Position numbers and translations under genes: made by a program. A stretch of 64,000 nt of DNA from assembly GCF_037042905.1 (NCBI RefSeq), contig NC_087256.1, forward strand, positions 24,490,001 to 24,554,000, read 5' to 3'. The stretch's first letter is position 1; each line of letters begins with the position of its first letter. The stretch is from Lytechinus pictus. Its lineage: Eukaryota. Positions 13,601-27,447 of the stretch are shown one piece after another. The notes under the pieces were generated by a model. That model was not told the origin of the DNA and made no database searches. It worked only from the letters and a program-made list of their open reading frames with translations.

Positions 13601-16600
13601 CATACACAATATCATTCACTACACTGTTTTTGCATGATATCAATGTGTTGCAAAGCAAATAATATTAGCATTATGATAGTATACTGACATGGTCAGTATT
13701 GTATATTGTTGGTCGAATTACTGTAAGCTTCAAGGTTTAAAAAAAATCCATATGACTTTACTACCTTTAAGTATGGAAGAAGAATTTCACTCAATACAGA
13801 GAAAAAATGATGTCACTGATATTAATGGCAAATGCCTATCAACAGGACAAAACATTTCATAACTTCTGAAGGTTTCCATGGCGAAGGACAAATCAATATG
13901 GCTCAGGCTTCACGGAACAATGTATCTTTCAAGACCAAACATGCTCACAAGATATACATGCTGTACCATAAAGCCTTTACATTGAAAACTTTCTATAATT
14001 CACACGTGCGCAGTCTGCAAGTCTCCCAGATAGAATATGGTTATTATTTTTTTTTTTACAGGTGGTTTCTAAACCAAGTTTAACTGTACAGAGATGATTT
14101 TTATATCCTTGTGATATAGCAGTTTACTAATGGGTACCTGGTAGGAAGGAATTCCTATAATGCTCAAGAACCTGATCAGGGTAGCCATGCTATATAGTCT
14201 GTTTAATAAAATGCTGTGTTCAGAAATACTATTTCAAGCGCTATAAAAATGTTGCATATATTGTATTCATTATAAAGTTTATTTGAAAAGACTAACCTGC
14301 TTGACTTGATAATCTTCTGAAGAAGTTCTATGGGTAACTGCCTCAGCTGAATCTGAACAGACAACTGTGGATAGAGAAGGGTATTTAAATAATTTACTCA
14401 TTGAATTTATTTGAACTTAATTGAACTGAACTGAATTACATAGAGTGTGTGCCAACTGCTCTGTCATAGCCAAAGTAGAGCACATAGAGATTCCCAGGGC
14501 ATGCTTTATCAACATTTCTCCTTCTTCCTCCTCCTCTTCCTCCTCCTCCTTCTTCTTCTTCTTCAAAGACTTGCTAGTCCATGTAGAGACACCGCAACTA
14601 AGGTATGTGGTCATGGTCAAGAGCATTCGTTCAAAAATTTCAAAGTTTGGGATCTAAATGTATCTATTGATCCCAGCTTGATAATATCACCAGGGAGTTC
14701 TCATCTGACTTGTCAGATTTGCCAATTATCCTTTATTTGATTAGCTGAGAAGCAAAGGTGTCTTAACTGTCAAATAAAACAGACCTAAGATAAAAATATC
14801 TGCCAAGTCCCGTCACAACATGCTTCCCTAATAAAGTTAGTGTTATATGCACTTTCAAAGTATAATCATCACAATTATAATTGTCCATAAAGTACATTTT
14901 TTTTACATTTGGTGAATTACAACTGCATAAATACAAATACAAAATTCCATTATCATGTTTCTGTAAATTGACAAAATCATTAATGAATATTATGGCTAAA
15001 TATCTATTATCATAAACCAATAGAAATGCGTGTTGCATAAAGACAAAATTCCATTATGTTTCTGTAAATTGACAGAATCATTAATGAATATTATGGGCAA
15101 ATTTCTATTATTATAAACCAGCACAAATGTATGTTGCATACATGTATATATAAAGGTATTCACCTTTTCAGTCACATATCAAAATCTATTGCCTTACCTG
15201 TGGAACCAGATTGAGTTCTAACCAACGCTCACATGCATTCACAACCTGACCAATCTTGTACTGGAATGGGAAAATATAACATGACAAATATTTTAATAAA
15301 CATCATCAAACAAAAATATGTAATATTTAGTGTCAAAATACAGAGTTTTTCTTCTCAGGCGATTCTCTGCAAATAAGCAGAAATAAACCAAAATTTCCTT
15401 CTTTTTATTTAAATAAGCTTGAAATAACAACAGTTAACAGCTCTCCTATTTGTGTTAATAGTATTAATTTAATGAATATACATCAAATCCATAATGTAAC
15501 ACACAACAGGAATAATATTTTCTTCAAAATAAGTATATTGCTACACTTTTTTTTACAATTGTTTCTTGCTAAATGGGCCCCCTTGTTTGATTATTTTGAT
15601 ATTTTCATTGAAATTAATTAAATAAAGCAGAAAAATATTATAATAAATATTATACTAAATATCATAATAAAATAACTAATTACCTTGAGTGCTGCCTGAT
15701 GATATTTACAAATTGTACTTGACTGTATGTCATCCATCATAATATCAGCACATCTATTGAAGAGGGAAAGAAAAAGGGGAGAGAAATTTGTAAAAAAAAA
15801 AAAAAATAGGACAGAATATGAATGTCTCTGGTGTACGAGGTGTTTCATAAGGTTCTCATTAAGTGCACAAAATAGCAAATTGTTATAAATTTGCAAAATT
15901 CATCTTACTACGGATAAAGATTACCTAGAAACTTTGACTTTTAAACTATGTTCACCCCTTTTCGGGGATACTGAAAGAAGATGTATACTTATGAGTACTT
16001 AAGTGATGACATCATNNNNNNNNNNNNNNNNNNNNNNNNNNNNNNNNNNNNNNNNNNNNNNNNNNNNNNNNNNNNNNNNNNNNNNNNNNNNNNNNNNNNN
16101 NNNNNNNNNNNNNNNNNNNNNNNNNNNNNNNNNNNNNNNNNNNNNNNNNNNNNNNNNNNNNNNNNNNNNNNNNNGCACCAATTATCTAAAATAAAAATAA
16201 AAACTCCAAAGGCTCCCGTTCCCCAATATATCACACATTATTCACGGATTTGCTTAAAAACTGAGTTTGTAGTTCATTTTATTTTTAATTTCAGCTACAT
16301 GCATATCATATATAAATAGAGGATAATGGAAAAATATCCACATCCAAAATTTCATGGGAATCAATTCATGGGGATGGAGGTGCCGAGATTTGGCTGAAGG
16401 CCTATCATACTTTAATCAAATTCAAGGTAATATTTACCATGACCAGGAAAACTGGACCTGACACTGAATTTTAAAATTCTTTGAAAGAGGGTGGGGTACC
16501 TACCTCCGTTCAAGGTCTGAGAATCCCAAGGCGTGTCCTGACGCTAGAACCCCAACCACATCGGTCCTCTCCGGGTCAACACCTTCATGGTATAGGTTAC

Positions 16601-19600
16601 CAAGGGCGATGGCAAAAGCTGAAAACAAACATGAGATACCAAGGATTAGAAGGTTGATGATGATGGTGACAATGTTGATTTGGATGATGATGATGATGGT
16701 GTACTTTGATGATTGTGGATGATGATGATGGTGGATGATGATGATGATGATGGTGGATNNNNNNNNNNNNNNNNNNNNNNNNNNNNNNNNNNNNNNNNNN
16801 NNNNNNNNNNNNNNNNNNNNNNNNNNNNNNNNNNNNNNNNNNNNNNNNNNNNNNNNNNNNNNNNNNNNNNNNNNNNNNNNNNNNNNNNNNNNNNNNNNNN
16901 NNNNNNNNNNNNNNNNNNNNNNNNNNNNNNNNNNNNNNNNNNNNNNNNNNNNNNNNNNNNNNNNNNNNNATGATGACGATGGTGGATGATGACGATGATG
17001 ATTATGATGNNNNNNNNNNNNNNNNNNNNNNNNNNNNNNNNNNNNNNNNNNNNNNNNNNNNNNNNNNNNNNNNNNNNNNNNNNNNNNNNNNNNNNNNNNN
17101 NNNNNNNNNNNNNNNNNNNNNNNNNNNNNNNNNNNNNNNNNNNNNNNNNNNNNNNNNNNNNNNNNNNNNNNNNNNNNNNNNNNNNNNNNNNNNNNNNNNN
17201 NNNNNNNNNNNNNNNNNNNNNNNNNNNNNNNNNNNNNNNNNNNNNNNNNNNNNNNNNNNNNNNNNNNNNNNNNNNNNNNNNNNNNNNNNNNNNNNNNNNN
17301 NNNNNNNNNNNNNNNNNNNNNNNNNNNNNNNNNNNNNNNNNNNNNNNNNNNNNNNNNNNNNNNNNNNNNNNNNNNNNNNNNNNNNNNNNNNNNNNNNNNN
17401 NNNNNNNNNNNNNNNNGGGATAATGATAAAGATGGTAATGATTGGGATGATGATAAAGATGAAAATAATACTGACATTAACGACTATGATAATATCATAG
17501 ATAAGAGATGCAACTGCCAATTTAGCACAAGTGACTATATCAGGCAACAAATAGCAAAAGCAATAGTGCTAGCAGAAGTAGCAGTAACACTAATATTAGC
17601 AGCTACATGAGCAGTAAGAGTCAGTAACAGAAGCATTATGAGTACATGGTAGTAAGAGTAACAGTAGCAGTAGCAACAGTTCTTTGCAGTCCCAAGAGCC
17701 GTGGTCACAGAAGGAGCAGCATCGCGTACCACCGGCACTTGCATTATTACCCATTTCCCTTTACATTCCTACATACCTTCCTTGGAGACCATCGGATCTT
17801 TGATCTTCAGCTTGAGTTTCACCATGTTACTAGTTCTAGCGGCTACGACGTGTGCTGGGTGGTTGATGTCTTTCTTAGAGGTCTGTTTGACGCTGTCTGG
17901 GGGAGCTTGTCGGGTACTCTGTTCTCTGCTAATCTTCTGATATTCAGAGCTGAAAAGAACAAGAACAGGGAAGTTGTGAATCCTTGACCCAATTGTACTG
18001 CACACATTCCTCACAAATGCATAACAAGTAATTTAGATTGGCTCATATTCCTTTCCATGTTTAGTTGGTTTTCCAGCTCATCAAAAAATAAGCAATATAA
18101 GTAGGGTTCAAAATCATTCACTTTTATGTTTATTGATTTTATCAGGCAAGCTTAACGTTCGCATTTCACTCAAGACCTAAATAGCATTGAGATGTAGATT
18201 ACAATGACAAAAAATGTGGTCCAATAATCTTGGACCACTATATGATAAGTTCTCATTCCAGAACTTTAGGGTCCAAATCCATAGCAAAAATAAAGCAATC
18301 ATATTCACCTGTAAAACTGACTTTTGCTGATATACTGGTCTACGGTTGCAGACATGGGATCTCTGTAATAGAGCTCTTCGTGTGGTTTATCGATAGCTTT
18401 CTGCAGCAACTGTGTCAGGGTGGATGCCTTGCGGATGTATGGACGGTGCAACTCCCAATTTGTATCCAGACACTGGAGCAAGATGTCTGGTGGAGGTAAT
18501 GAGATAAATAAAAAAATTAATCAATTGTAAACAGAGTGAGATCTACCAAGAAGAAAAAACCAGGAAGACCGGTTATCTTTTTAACGGTTTCCAGTAGATT
18601 TTTACTGATTTCCAGTAAATTCTTACTTTGACTTGACTCTTAACTGGTCCAGTAAAAATCTACTGGAGACCAGTTCTATCAAATGTATTCCAGTTGAAAC
18701 AAAGGATTAATACCAGTTAAATTGTTTTTCATCAAACTGGTGTTGAGTTAAGGCCAGTTGAATTGGATACCAGTTTAAAATACCCCTTAGACCAAACTCA
18801 AGTATCAAGACCAGTTTAAAATTCCTGTTACAATTCAAGACAAGTTTGATATTCAACTGGACCAGAATGACCAGGTAGATTAGCAAAACCATTCGAATTT
18901 CCAGAGTTACCAGTTGAAATTCTACTGGTTCAAACTGGTTCTTCCTTCTTGGTATAGATCGATCAACCTAAGTTTGTGCAACTGTGACCAATATAACAAA
19001 GATATACATGTATATACTTATATTTGTTGAATATAATGCATTCATAAATTAATACAGAATTTTGTAGATTATGTCCCAGGCAACCTGCGTGCCAATTTTC
19101 GGCGCGATCGCATTATCGACGGCCTAGATTCTCAAGGGGGGCCTGGGAGGCGCCCGCTCCCCCCTCCCGGCCATATGATCTCCCAAAATACCCCGGCCTA
19201 GATAGGGTTAAGGCTTGTGATAGATGTGAGCTTTGCAAAATTGTGCCCCCCCAAAAAAAAAAAAAAAAAAACATACATAATCAGTAATCTGGGCCTTATT
19301 ACATAAAGGTTATTCATTGATCATAAGGCTGATTTCTACAATTGATTGCTTTGATTATTGTGTATGATCAATTGTAAAAATTAGCTCCATGATCAATAAC
19401 AAGGCTTTATGTTACAGGGCTAGGAGAAGCCGTCAAGTAGGAAAGGCTATTGTACTCACCAGGCCCGAGCAGACTGTGCACAGGAGCTGAATGATAGTGA
19501 AAGATATCAACAGGCGTGGGAGACCTGGCAGACATCGGTCGGAACGTCTCTATTGGAGCAGGGGGTCTGTGAAAATAAAAAATCAATCAATGTTGTTGAG

Positions 19601-22600
19601 TAATAATAATAATATTCTGCATTTATATTATTATTATTTGTTTGGCGTCACCTGTGCCTGGGAGGTCTCTCTATAGTGCTTAACACATCGGAACGACGTC
19701 TCTAAGCGCTTTACAGATATATTATTACCCCGGTCATTGGCTCCTTGCATGCCTGCATGCAATATATGCACCTTCTCCACTCCCTAGGGAGCATTCCAAC
19801 AAGAGTTCCAAGGCTCACTTTCTAGGCAATACTACATAGGCTTTCACATCCTACCGGGTACCCATTTAACACCTGGGTGGAGAGTGGCAAATTGTGGATT
19901 GACGTCTTGCCAAAGGACGCTAGGCCATGGTGGGATTCGAACACACGACCCTCCGATTACGAGGCGAGAGTCAGAACCGCTATACCAGGATAAATTACAC
20001 AACTTTAAGACTCCTTTTCATTTCTGACCTTCTGTCCATATTATCCCTCCATCTTCATATACCTCTACAGATCCGATTGCCCTTAACTGAAGCACAAACC
20101 ATTATGTGACTTAAAGGGATGCTCCGGGCTAAAGATATTTATATTTCAATAAATAGAGTAAATTCCACAGAGCAAAATGCTGAAAATGTGATCAAAATCG
20201 GATAACAATAAAGTTATAAGATTTTAGAGATTTGCATTATTCCGGTGAAACAGTTCTAGGCATGATTTTATCAATATTCATTAGGTGGGCTGATGATGTC
20301 ATATCCTCACTTGTTCTTTTGTATTTTTTTATATGAAATTAGGTTTATTCAAAAATTTTCTACCAAGAACTAAAACAACTGAATTGACAACTTATTAAGT
20401 GCATTGGTTATTTATTGCTACAACTTATTTCATCATAATGGAGACACATCATTTACACATGTATGAAAAATGAAACAATTATGATTTCATGTAATAACAT
20501 ATCAAAGAAAAGGGAAAGTGGGGATGTGAAATCATCAGCCCACCTAATGAATATTCATGACGTGCATATAACTGTTTTCACAAAATATTGCTAAACTCTA
20601 AAATTCAATAGCTTTGTTATTTGTTATACGATTTTGATAAAATTTTCAGCATTTTGCTTTGTGAGTTTTACTCTATTTATTTAGATATAAATATCTTCAG
20701 CCTGGAGAATTTGTTTAACATTGGATTCAATTTAGTTCAATACAAGTAGGTTTTGTCTAATATTGCATATGGAAGTCAAATTGAGCAGAAATTACAATCC
20801 ACAATGGATAAACATACGTACATGCATAAATGTACAAATATGATTTATAAGAATAGAGGTATATAGCGTCACCTCTTGTCTGAGTTAAGGTCAAATAAAC
20901 AAGACAAGATGTTAGATTTGTCTTAGATATTTTGAGATCACTTGTTTGTAGCTGTGAGAACCCGTATGTCATATCAAGTCAAGATATGATACAACTGTGA
21001 AATCAAAATATGGATTAAATCAAAATGCAATTCCTTTGTGAACAGAGGCTATAATTAAAGGTCAAGTCCACCCCAGGAAAATGCTGATTAGAATAAATAG
21101 AGCTAAATCAAACTAGCATAATGCTGAAAATTTCATCAAAATCGGATGTAAAATAAGAAAGTTATGACATTTTAAAGTTTCGCTTATTTTTCACAAAACA
21201 GTGATATGCACAACTTAGTGACATGCAAATGAGACAGTCTATGATGTCCCTCACTCACTATTTCCTTTGTTTTTTATTGTTTGAATTATACATTATTTCA
21301 TTTTTTACAGATTTAATGAGAAGGGCCAACTTGACTTAACCACACAGTATTAAATAATGCTAATTCCACATTTTCAGGGAGGAATTAATCATTTTTTCAC
21401 TTGATAATGAGGCAAAAATTAGATTATTTCATATATCTAAATAAAATACAAAAGAAATAGTGAGTGGATGATGTCATAACCAGGATGTGCATATAACTGT
21501 TTTGTAAAATTAAGCGAGGCTTTAAAATGTCACAACTTTTGGGGTGGACTTGTCCTTTAAAGATAACTTACTGACATGTTGTTTTCTTCCCATAGACTGG
21601 GGCGGTGGCGGGAGGCTGTGGACTGGGCCCTCTCTGGTTGTACCAGCTCTCGCTTGCAAACTGAGGGGCTGTCATCGGCTTATCATGGCCCTCTGTGGAA
21701 TGAAACTGATAGGGACGGTCAGGATCGCGGTTGGTTGTAGTAGCAGGGTTGTCAGCTAAGGAATAACAATGAAAATTGAGATAAGATGAAAAATAAGATT
21801 TTGCGATGAAGCGACACCAACAGATCTTCTTTACAAGCCTTCCATGGTTTGGTCGGTCCCTCACTGTTATATTTGAGATCTTGATAAACTGTATCTTTAC
21901 ATGTAGATATTGTAAAATATGAAACATACAACTAATAAATTTAACATTTATAGGCTACTTATTTCCTTTCAAACAGACCTATATGTTTTATGGGAAGATT
22001 CATATTCAAAGCAAATTAATGAAACAGCTTTAAACAGAAAATTTATAACAAAATGAGTGCAGTCAAAACACTAATACATATATAAGTGAAACTTAATTTA
22101 CTTCACTGTGACACCTCCCACTGATACACAGAATGTTTTCTTCCCCTGATAGCTTTGGAGCTGCTGAAAGGGATTATTTTTCAAGGTTCAAAGTACTAGA
22201 CCACAAGGAACTTTCAACTATACATTCGTGACATCTTTGCATGTTTCAATAAACAAATAACTGGAAAATAATAACCACAGTGAACTTGGAGCAAATTTGT
22301 AATAGGGGGATTTTCACTTCAAAATTATATCTTTCCAGCTGTTTGATTACAAAAAAGCAAAAATAATAACAATCAATTATAATCTTCACTTGCTGAATTA
22401 GGAGAGATTAGCTTTTATTCTATTTCATTATTTAGAGTCAGTGTTGTAGTCAAGGCCCAAACCCTCCAGGCCCAAACCAAGGCTTCAATACCCATGGCCA
22501 AGGCCAAGGCCTAGGAACTGGACTAGAATATTACCTGATAGAATAGCAACAGTGTTCTTGTTATAGGGTTCATTGATGGATCGAATGGCTTGAGAAGTTC

Positions 22601-24442
22601 CCAGAAGATCACCTCCGAGTGACTCCGGGAGCCTCCACCTGTTGGTCCCTCCGACCTGCTTCCTGATCCTGTAGCGTGGAGACTCGGGATGCTGTCAAAT
22701 TTAGAAAAAATAGATAAAGATAGATAGATAGATAGATCAAATGGATTTTCATTAAAAACAGTCTCGCAGTGCAGACTGAAATGAAAGTGAATAACAAATA
22801 AAGAGAACCACAAGGCATTAAACAATATACAGTAATGTAACACCTAACATTGGGCATCAAGGGGTCATTTTCACAGCACACTCCCATATATCAAAAATCC
22901 TAAATGAATTGCTCAGTACTCACCCCCCCAAAAAAATAATTTCATTTCTGTATTAATTTCCAACTTTTATCCCTCTGATGAAACATAAAAAATTGACGAA
23001 CAACTGTATTGGAATGTAGACACTCGAATGAAGTAGCTGAGCTGTAAACACTGATTTCACAAGAAAATATGTAAAACCTAGATTAATTATCACTATATCA
23101 TCATGGACCTTAACATGGTAGTTAGTGATGAACTGAACTTAGTGATCAATCCTGTAATCTAAGCTGAAAAACCGTCACACTGTAGATATTATTGCGTGGG
23201 AATATACCTGACATTTTGCTCGAATCCCAGTTATTTCTCAGCAGTGACAGAGTTTCTTCCAGTATCTTTTGGCACACATTTTTTTCTTTATGCAAACAGA
23301 CACTTGGGTAGTTATATTAGTGGATTCTGTACGAACTCATTTTGAAATCATCACCAAACTTGGTGTTTATCTGTAAACTTACTCTTGGTGGTTGTCTTCC
23401 ATCGACTACAACACCCCGGAGAGCCGTGTAAGGAGCACTCTGAAGGGCCCTGTGTAAAACAAAATATTCATATTTTAGTTTCAGATTTCAATTTAGCATG
23501 ATTAACTTCACCATCATAATTATAGTACACATCTGACAGGTTGTGTCTGGAAAAGACAGCACTTCTAGAGCTAAAAAAAAATAGACTCTTATCAATTGCA
23601 AGTAACAGTAACTTGAGTAAGCAATATTTTCATTAATTGTTGTCTTTTCTTTTGAATTGGCTTTGATGACCACATCAAAGACGTAGTGTCGATTATTATA
23701 GCAGTGGAACATATGTCAGACAATTATTATTTATAAACCACAATTTATTTTTAAAGTACCGGTATGTGGGGGTTTATTGAGTTTTGTCAGACATGTTTCA
23801 ATCAGATATGACTTTTTACGTCCGAGACCGACCTTTAATGTCACCATCCAAAAGACACTCAAACACGAACCTCAATTGATTCTCAATCTCTGTATCAATT
23901 TGTAAGTAACTTTCAAATATGAATATAATTATATATCTAGGTTGGATTACATTTACATACAGGCACATGCTACAATGCCCAGTTGTGGTGTTCAGTAGCG
24001 TACGCAGGATTTTTGAAAGGGGGGGTTTGAGTTGAATGAAAGTTTGACAAACAAAAAAAAGAATGTTAAGTTTTCACAAAAAAACTTAGGGGGGTTAACC
24101 CCTGTAACCCCCCCCCCCTCCCACCCCTGCGTTAATTAATTAGTTTGTACTGCAGACTATTCTTCTTTCTTTCTTTGTTTAGGGTCTAAACAAGTTTAAC
24201 AACAAAATCTTGTGAACTTGTTTATGTCATGACATGATCTTTATCAATTCATTTCAAATCAAATTTCTTCGGTCCAATTCTAGAATCTTCCAGACAGTGC
24301 CAAAAAAATCCACTCACATGGAATAAGAAAGTGCACGAGGATTAAATCTTGGAGGTTCTGTTGGTAAATATGGCAACATTAGTCTTCCAGATGCATGCGA
24401 TGTACTCGAAGAAATATTCCGGAGCACAGTTGTCTCAGCCAT
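10606..24442 (-). CDS. BTBD16: BTB/POZ domain-containing protein 16 (germ cell-less-related), complete, 15 exons, 679 aa: complement join 24318..24442, 23383..23449, 22535..22691, 21572..21755, 19460..19566, 18309..18486, 17777..17949, 16504..16618, 15684..15753, 15198..15260, 14297..14364, 13260..13379, 12213..12465, 11380..11481, 10606..10863
   Basis: Exons sum to 2040 nt in one open frame with GT-AG junctions. Motifs match recalled BTBD16 sequence: RKQVGGTNRWRLPESLGGDLL, DILLQCLDTNWELH, LKIKDPMVSKEAFAIALGNLY, VVGVLASGHALGF, CERWLELNLVP, SSRFFTFNEY, HYHALQGGGDM, and the C-terminus CKSEVLTLEGLCLPLYVTYSILFPPS*. The ATG at 24442 is in AAAACCATGG context. The two most 5' exons rest on phase and splice signals only. 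Confidence 0.92.
12488..12842. repeat. (GAT/GGT)n degenerate trinucleotide repeat
   Basis: Direct reading; intronic in BTBD16. A similar tract at ~16655-17500 is broken by N-gaps. Confidence 0.9.
13000..13137. repeat. Palindromic MITE-like hairpin in a BTBD16 intron
   Basis: TATACTGGATGGCT..ATACCAGAGATATTCCA..GGGCCAATATT / AATATTGGCCC..TGGAATATTTCTGGTAT..AGCCATCCAATATA. Confidence 0.6.
14120..14275 (+). mobile_element. 5'-truncated SINE fragment of a related family
   Basis: AATGGGTACCTGGTAGGA core and AAGCGCTATAAAAATG tail resemble the SINE at 19600-19990. Confidence 0.45.
14941..15140. repeat. ~104-bp imperfect tandem duplication in a BTBD16 intron
   Basis: AAAATTCCATTAT..TTTCTGTAAATTGAC..TGTTGCATA occurs twice. 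Confidence 0.85.
18546..18952. mobile_element. TA-flanked MITE with CCAGT/ACTGG internal repeats
   Basis: TA|CCAAGAAGAAAAAACCAG ... CTGGTTCTTCCTTCTTGG|TA. Confidence 0.6.
19600..19990 (-). mobile_element. tRNA-derived SINE with Deu/Nin-like central domain and L2-like tail
   Basis: Minus-strand head TGGTATAGCGG (A box)...GTTCGAATCCC (B box), central CACCCAGGTGTTAAATGGGTACCCGG, tail TGTAAAGCGCTTAGAG...(ATT)n. Confidence 0.8.
20115..20714. mobile_element. TTAA-flanked MITE with long TIRs (Kolobok-like)
   Basis: TTAA|AGGGATGCTCCGGGCTAAAGATATTTATAT ... ATATAAATATCTTCAGCCTGGAGAATTTGT|TTAA. Confidence 0.7.
21059..21556. mobile_element. TTAA-flanked MITE (Kolobok-like), related to the 20115 element
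   Basis: TTAA|AGGTCAAGTCCACCCC ... GGGGTGGACTTGTCCT|TTAA. Confidence 0.75.
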
Positions 24443-24639
24443 GGTTTTGTTTTTTTTTCTCGTCTCGTTTCTCACTGCAAAATCCAGACGATCAGATTGC
24501 AAAATCTCTTTATCTTTTCACTATTTTTTAACTAAATAACGAGCACGCACACTCCTGACAATAATGTCATTCTTGTCGATCCATTTCTAGAAATCTATAA
24601 CAAATGTTCAAATGTCATGAAAGTTTTGTTGATTATTTC

Positions 24640-24930
24640 GGTCCGTTGATCAGCGCTGATTCTGCCAAGAGAACAGGACACGGTGCGGTGTTATAGCCCG
24701 CCCGGGAAGTTACGGCCACGATGATAATCAGCACTCGCTGGCGCTTTCCATTTGCCTGCGACAGCTTTTGTTTACAATGCAACCTTCGAGGAGGAGTCTC
24801 ACGTGTGGAAATGATGGCGTTAGTAACGGTTGCTAGGGTAAGGAGCTCAGCTAGCTCAGCCGCGCTCACATGCACACTGCGCTGGGGTCGGGGTCGCCAG
24901 GGGGGGGGGGGGGGGGGGGCGGGGCGGAGG
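24640..24930. promoter_or_regulatory. Candidate bidirectional promoter for BTBD16 and the ASB gene, with a probable non-coding first ASB exon ending at 24837
   Basis: CpG-enriched patch just upstream of the BTBD16 ATG. It contains an E-box TCACGTG (24799-24805) and an RFX X-box-like GTTGCTAGGGTAAG (24829-24842) overlapping a strong + strand donor G|GTAAGG (24838). Confidence 0.5.
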
Positions 24931-27447
24931 TGTCGTAATGAATTGAATTGAATTGAATTTTATTTTATCACTGTCAGGTAAAATCACATATGAACAATGA
25001 TATGAATGCCTTCCCGAGTTCCCCCTTGATCAGCAAGAAACAAGCAATAGAAACATATAGGCCCTGCCCTAGTACTTAGGCCTGATAAAATTTGAAGGGA
25101 AAAAAAGGTAAGGGAAACAAGAAATGGTATGGGTGCCAAATGTTATGTAATTAATGATAAGTATAGAAGAAGAAAAAGAAGAAGTTGAAGAAGACGAAGA
25201 AGAACGAGGGGGAGGAGAAGAAGAAGAAGAAAGAAGATTAAGAAGGAGATTAAATTAACCTCCCTCTCATTATACTTCACCCACTATGAATATAACCATA
25301 CAAATGCCATAAAATTGAAGTTTTAACTCTTACCGTGTTTTGTCAAAAGCGCTCTGATTTTTTTTTAGAAAATGGCTCCGTCGCTATAAACTCCTTAATA
25401 TAAATTTATTTAAAACATACAGTTTAGAGTCAGGAGAGTCGATCCATGTTTCAGATGGCGAGAGGGGTAAAGTCAATGCCCAAAATTTTCGTCAAATTAT
25501 AGGCCTTATGCATAATTTTGCATGTGAAGCACATCGAAAATTTTGCAATATATATGTTTAATATTATTTTTATGTCAAATTTGATGATTTTATAGCGCTT
25601 TCAGATGTTTTTTTCCAACACAATTTTGCATTGGATTAATAAATTTTTCATTTTTTCAAAATTATTGGGCAGGGCAAATCAACTGATGTTTGCCGAATCC
25701 CCAATATTTTCATGGCGATCGCCCCTGCCCCCCCCCCCCCTCCGTCCCATGATAGAAGCAACATGTAGAATGGTTTGACTCTATTCTCTACAATACTATA
25801 CTGTAGACTTTTGCATTATACAGGGCAGCAGTGATCATTGGGTTATTTTGCAGCCCATATGCATGTTGAGTATATCCCCGTTCAGTATTAACGAAGTATA
25901 TATTAGGTTATTTGGAAGTTTCCAATTAGGGCTCCAATGCAAATTTTGAGAATATCGCTCTTAAAAAAAAAACGCCTGACGAGAGTAACAACACAAACCC
26001 ATTTCATGAGTGCAGTCCTTGCCCCCCCCCCCCCACCATCATCGTTACATGCCCTCATCTACATCTATAACATCCACTAGGCCCTGATGCATGTTATAGG
26101 GGAAAAATTCTCAAGCATTTTGAAAATGTGATTTTTTTTCTCCCCCGCTTGGTCGCTACACCCGAGTCCCTCGCCATGATATTATTAATATTTTTTTTAT
26201 AGTCGGGGAGGGGGGGGGGGGGGACAAGCTGCTTGGTCAGTATCCCACCATAGGCAATTTCATTGTATTTAATAAACCAACTTCGAAAATTTCTCAAGCC
26301 CAAAGAATGCCCCCCCAAAAAAAAAAAAAAAAAAAAAAAAAAAACATTTTGGTCGAGGATGAGACTTAACACCAGTCGTGGTCGATGCAGTGAGCTACAA
26401 TTGGGTTATATAGGACACTATTTATTACTAGTCGCAAGTGAACGAAAATATTGGTCTTTTAAAAATGAAAATCTAATTTTGTGATAGATTTTGACATATT
26501 AGGAGTTCTTACAAAATAATATAATATCATACCCTTTTCTTCTTTAATACTTTTTTTTCTTGATCACGAACTTTTTTTTGGAGGGATCAGAGTGGCACTA
26601 ATCCCCTCTCCACCTATGTGCGGTTAGTTGTACGCTGCCTAATACACAGCTAATAAATTTATTAACCTCTCCATCAATTAGTGCCACATCTGGAATTAAA
26701 AAAAATAGAGGGAAAAAAGTAAAGAAACAGAAAGAGAGAATCAAAGAAGGAAGGAAGGAAATAAAGAAGAGGTATATATTTTTTTCCACTTTTTTTCACT
26801 CATTTTGCAATTTGATTCCATTCTCTTATGAACTTTTCACAACTGAATAGTATTCCTGGTCCGCACGCCGCATACCTCCCACCACCAACGTGCCGATAAG
26901 CCGATTCCCACCATTTTGTCCGATTGGTCTCGGATTGTTAAATGATCTACAACCAGTTCGTCTAATAATATCTTATGGTCTACATTGAAATTGCCACTTA
27001 GGCTACTAGCAGTCAGTTTTTCATCTAGTCCAATTCTCATATAGGTCATAGACCATTTCGTCTGATATCCACTTTATACGGTTATGGACTGTTTATTTTA
27101 TTAACAGAACTTCAAATTAGACCAATTAGCTGCATGGATTATACTAAATGAAAAATTTGGATCAAGTGGGTATAGATTAGATCTTAGTGTAGTGTAGGCC
27201 AAACGGCGATAGGATCAAATGATAGTAGCCCAAACGAGTTTAGCCAAATGATAAGGTAAACCAACTTAACCATTAACTGAATGGATCCCGCGGTCATAGC
27301 TCCTTTGGATACTATGCATTTTATTTCTTTGATGTTTTGTCTCGTCACTCATACCATCATTGTTTTCTTCCTTGCCTGAGCCAAATTAGAACACAAATTA
27401 CCATCATGTTTACTCTTTAATTTAGTTAGTTCCATCTGAAGTAAATC

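Noticed and set aside
10606-24442. Initial call as germ cell-less (GMCL1)
   Set aside because: The TNRWRLP motif, HYHALQGGGDM and the C-terminal ILFPPS fit BTBD16 better.
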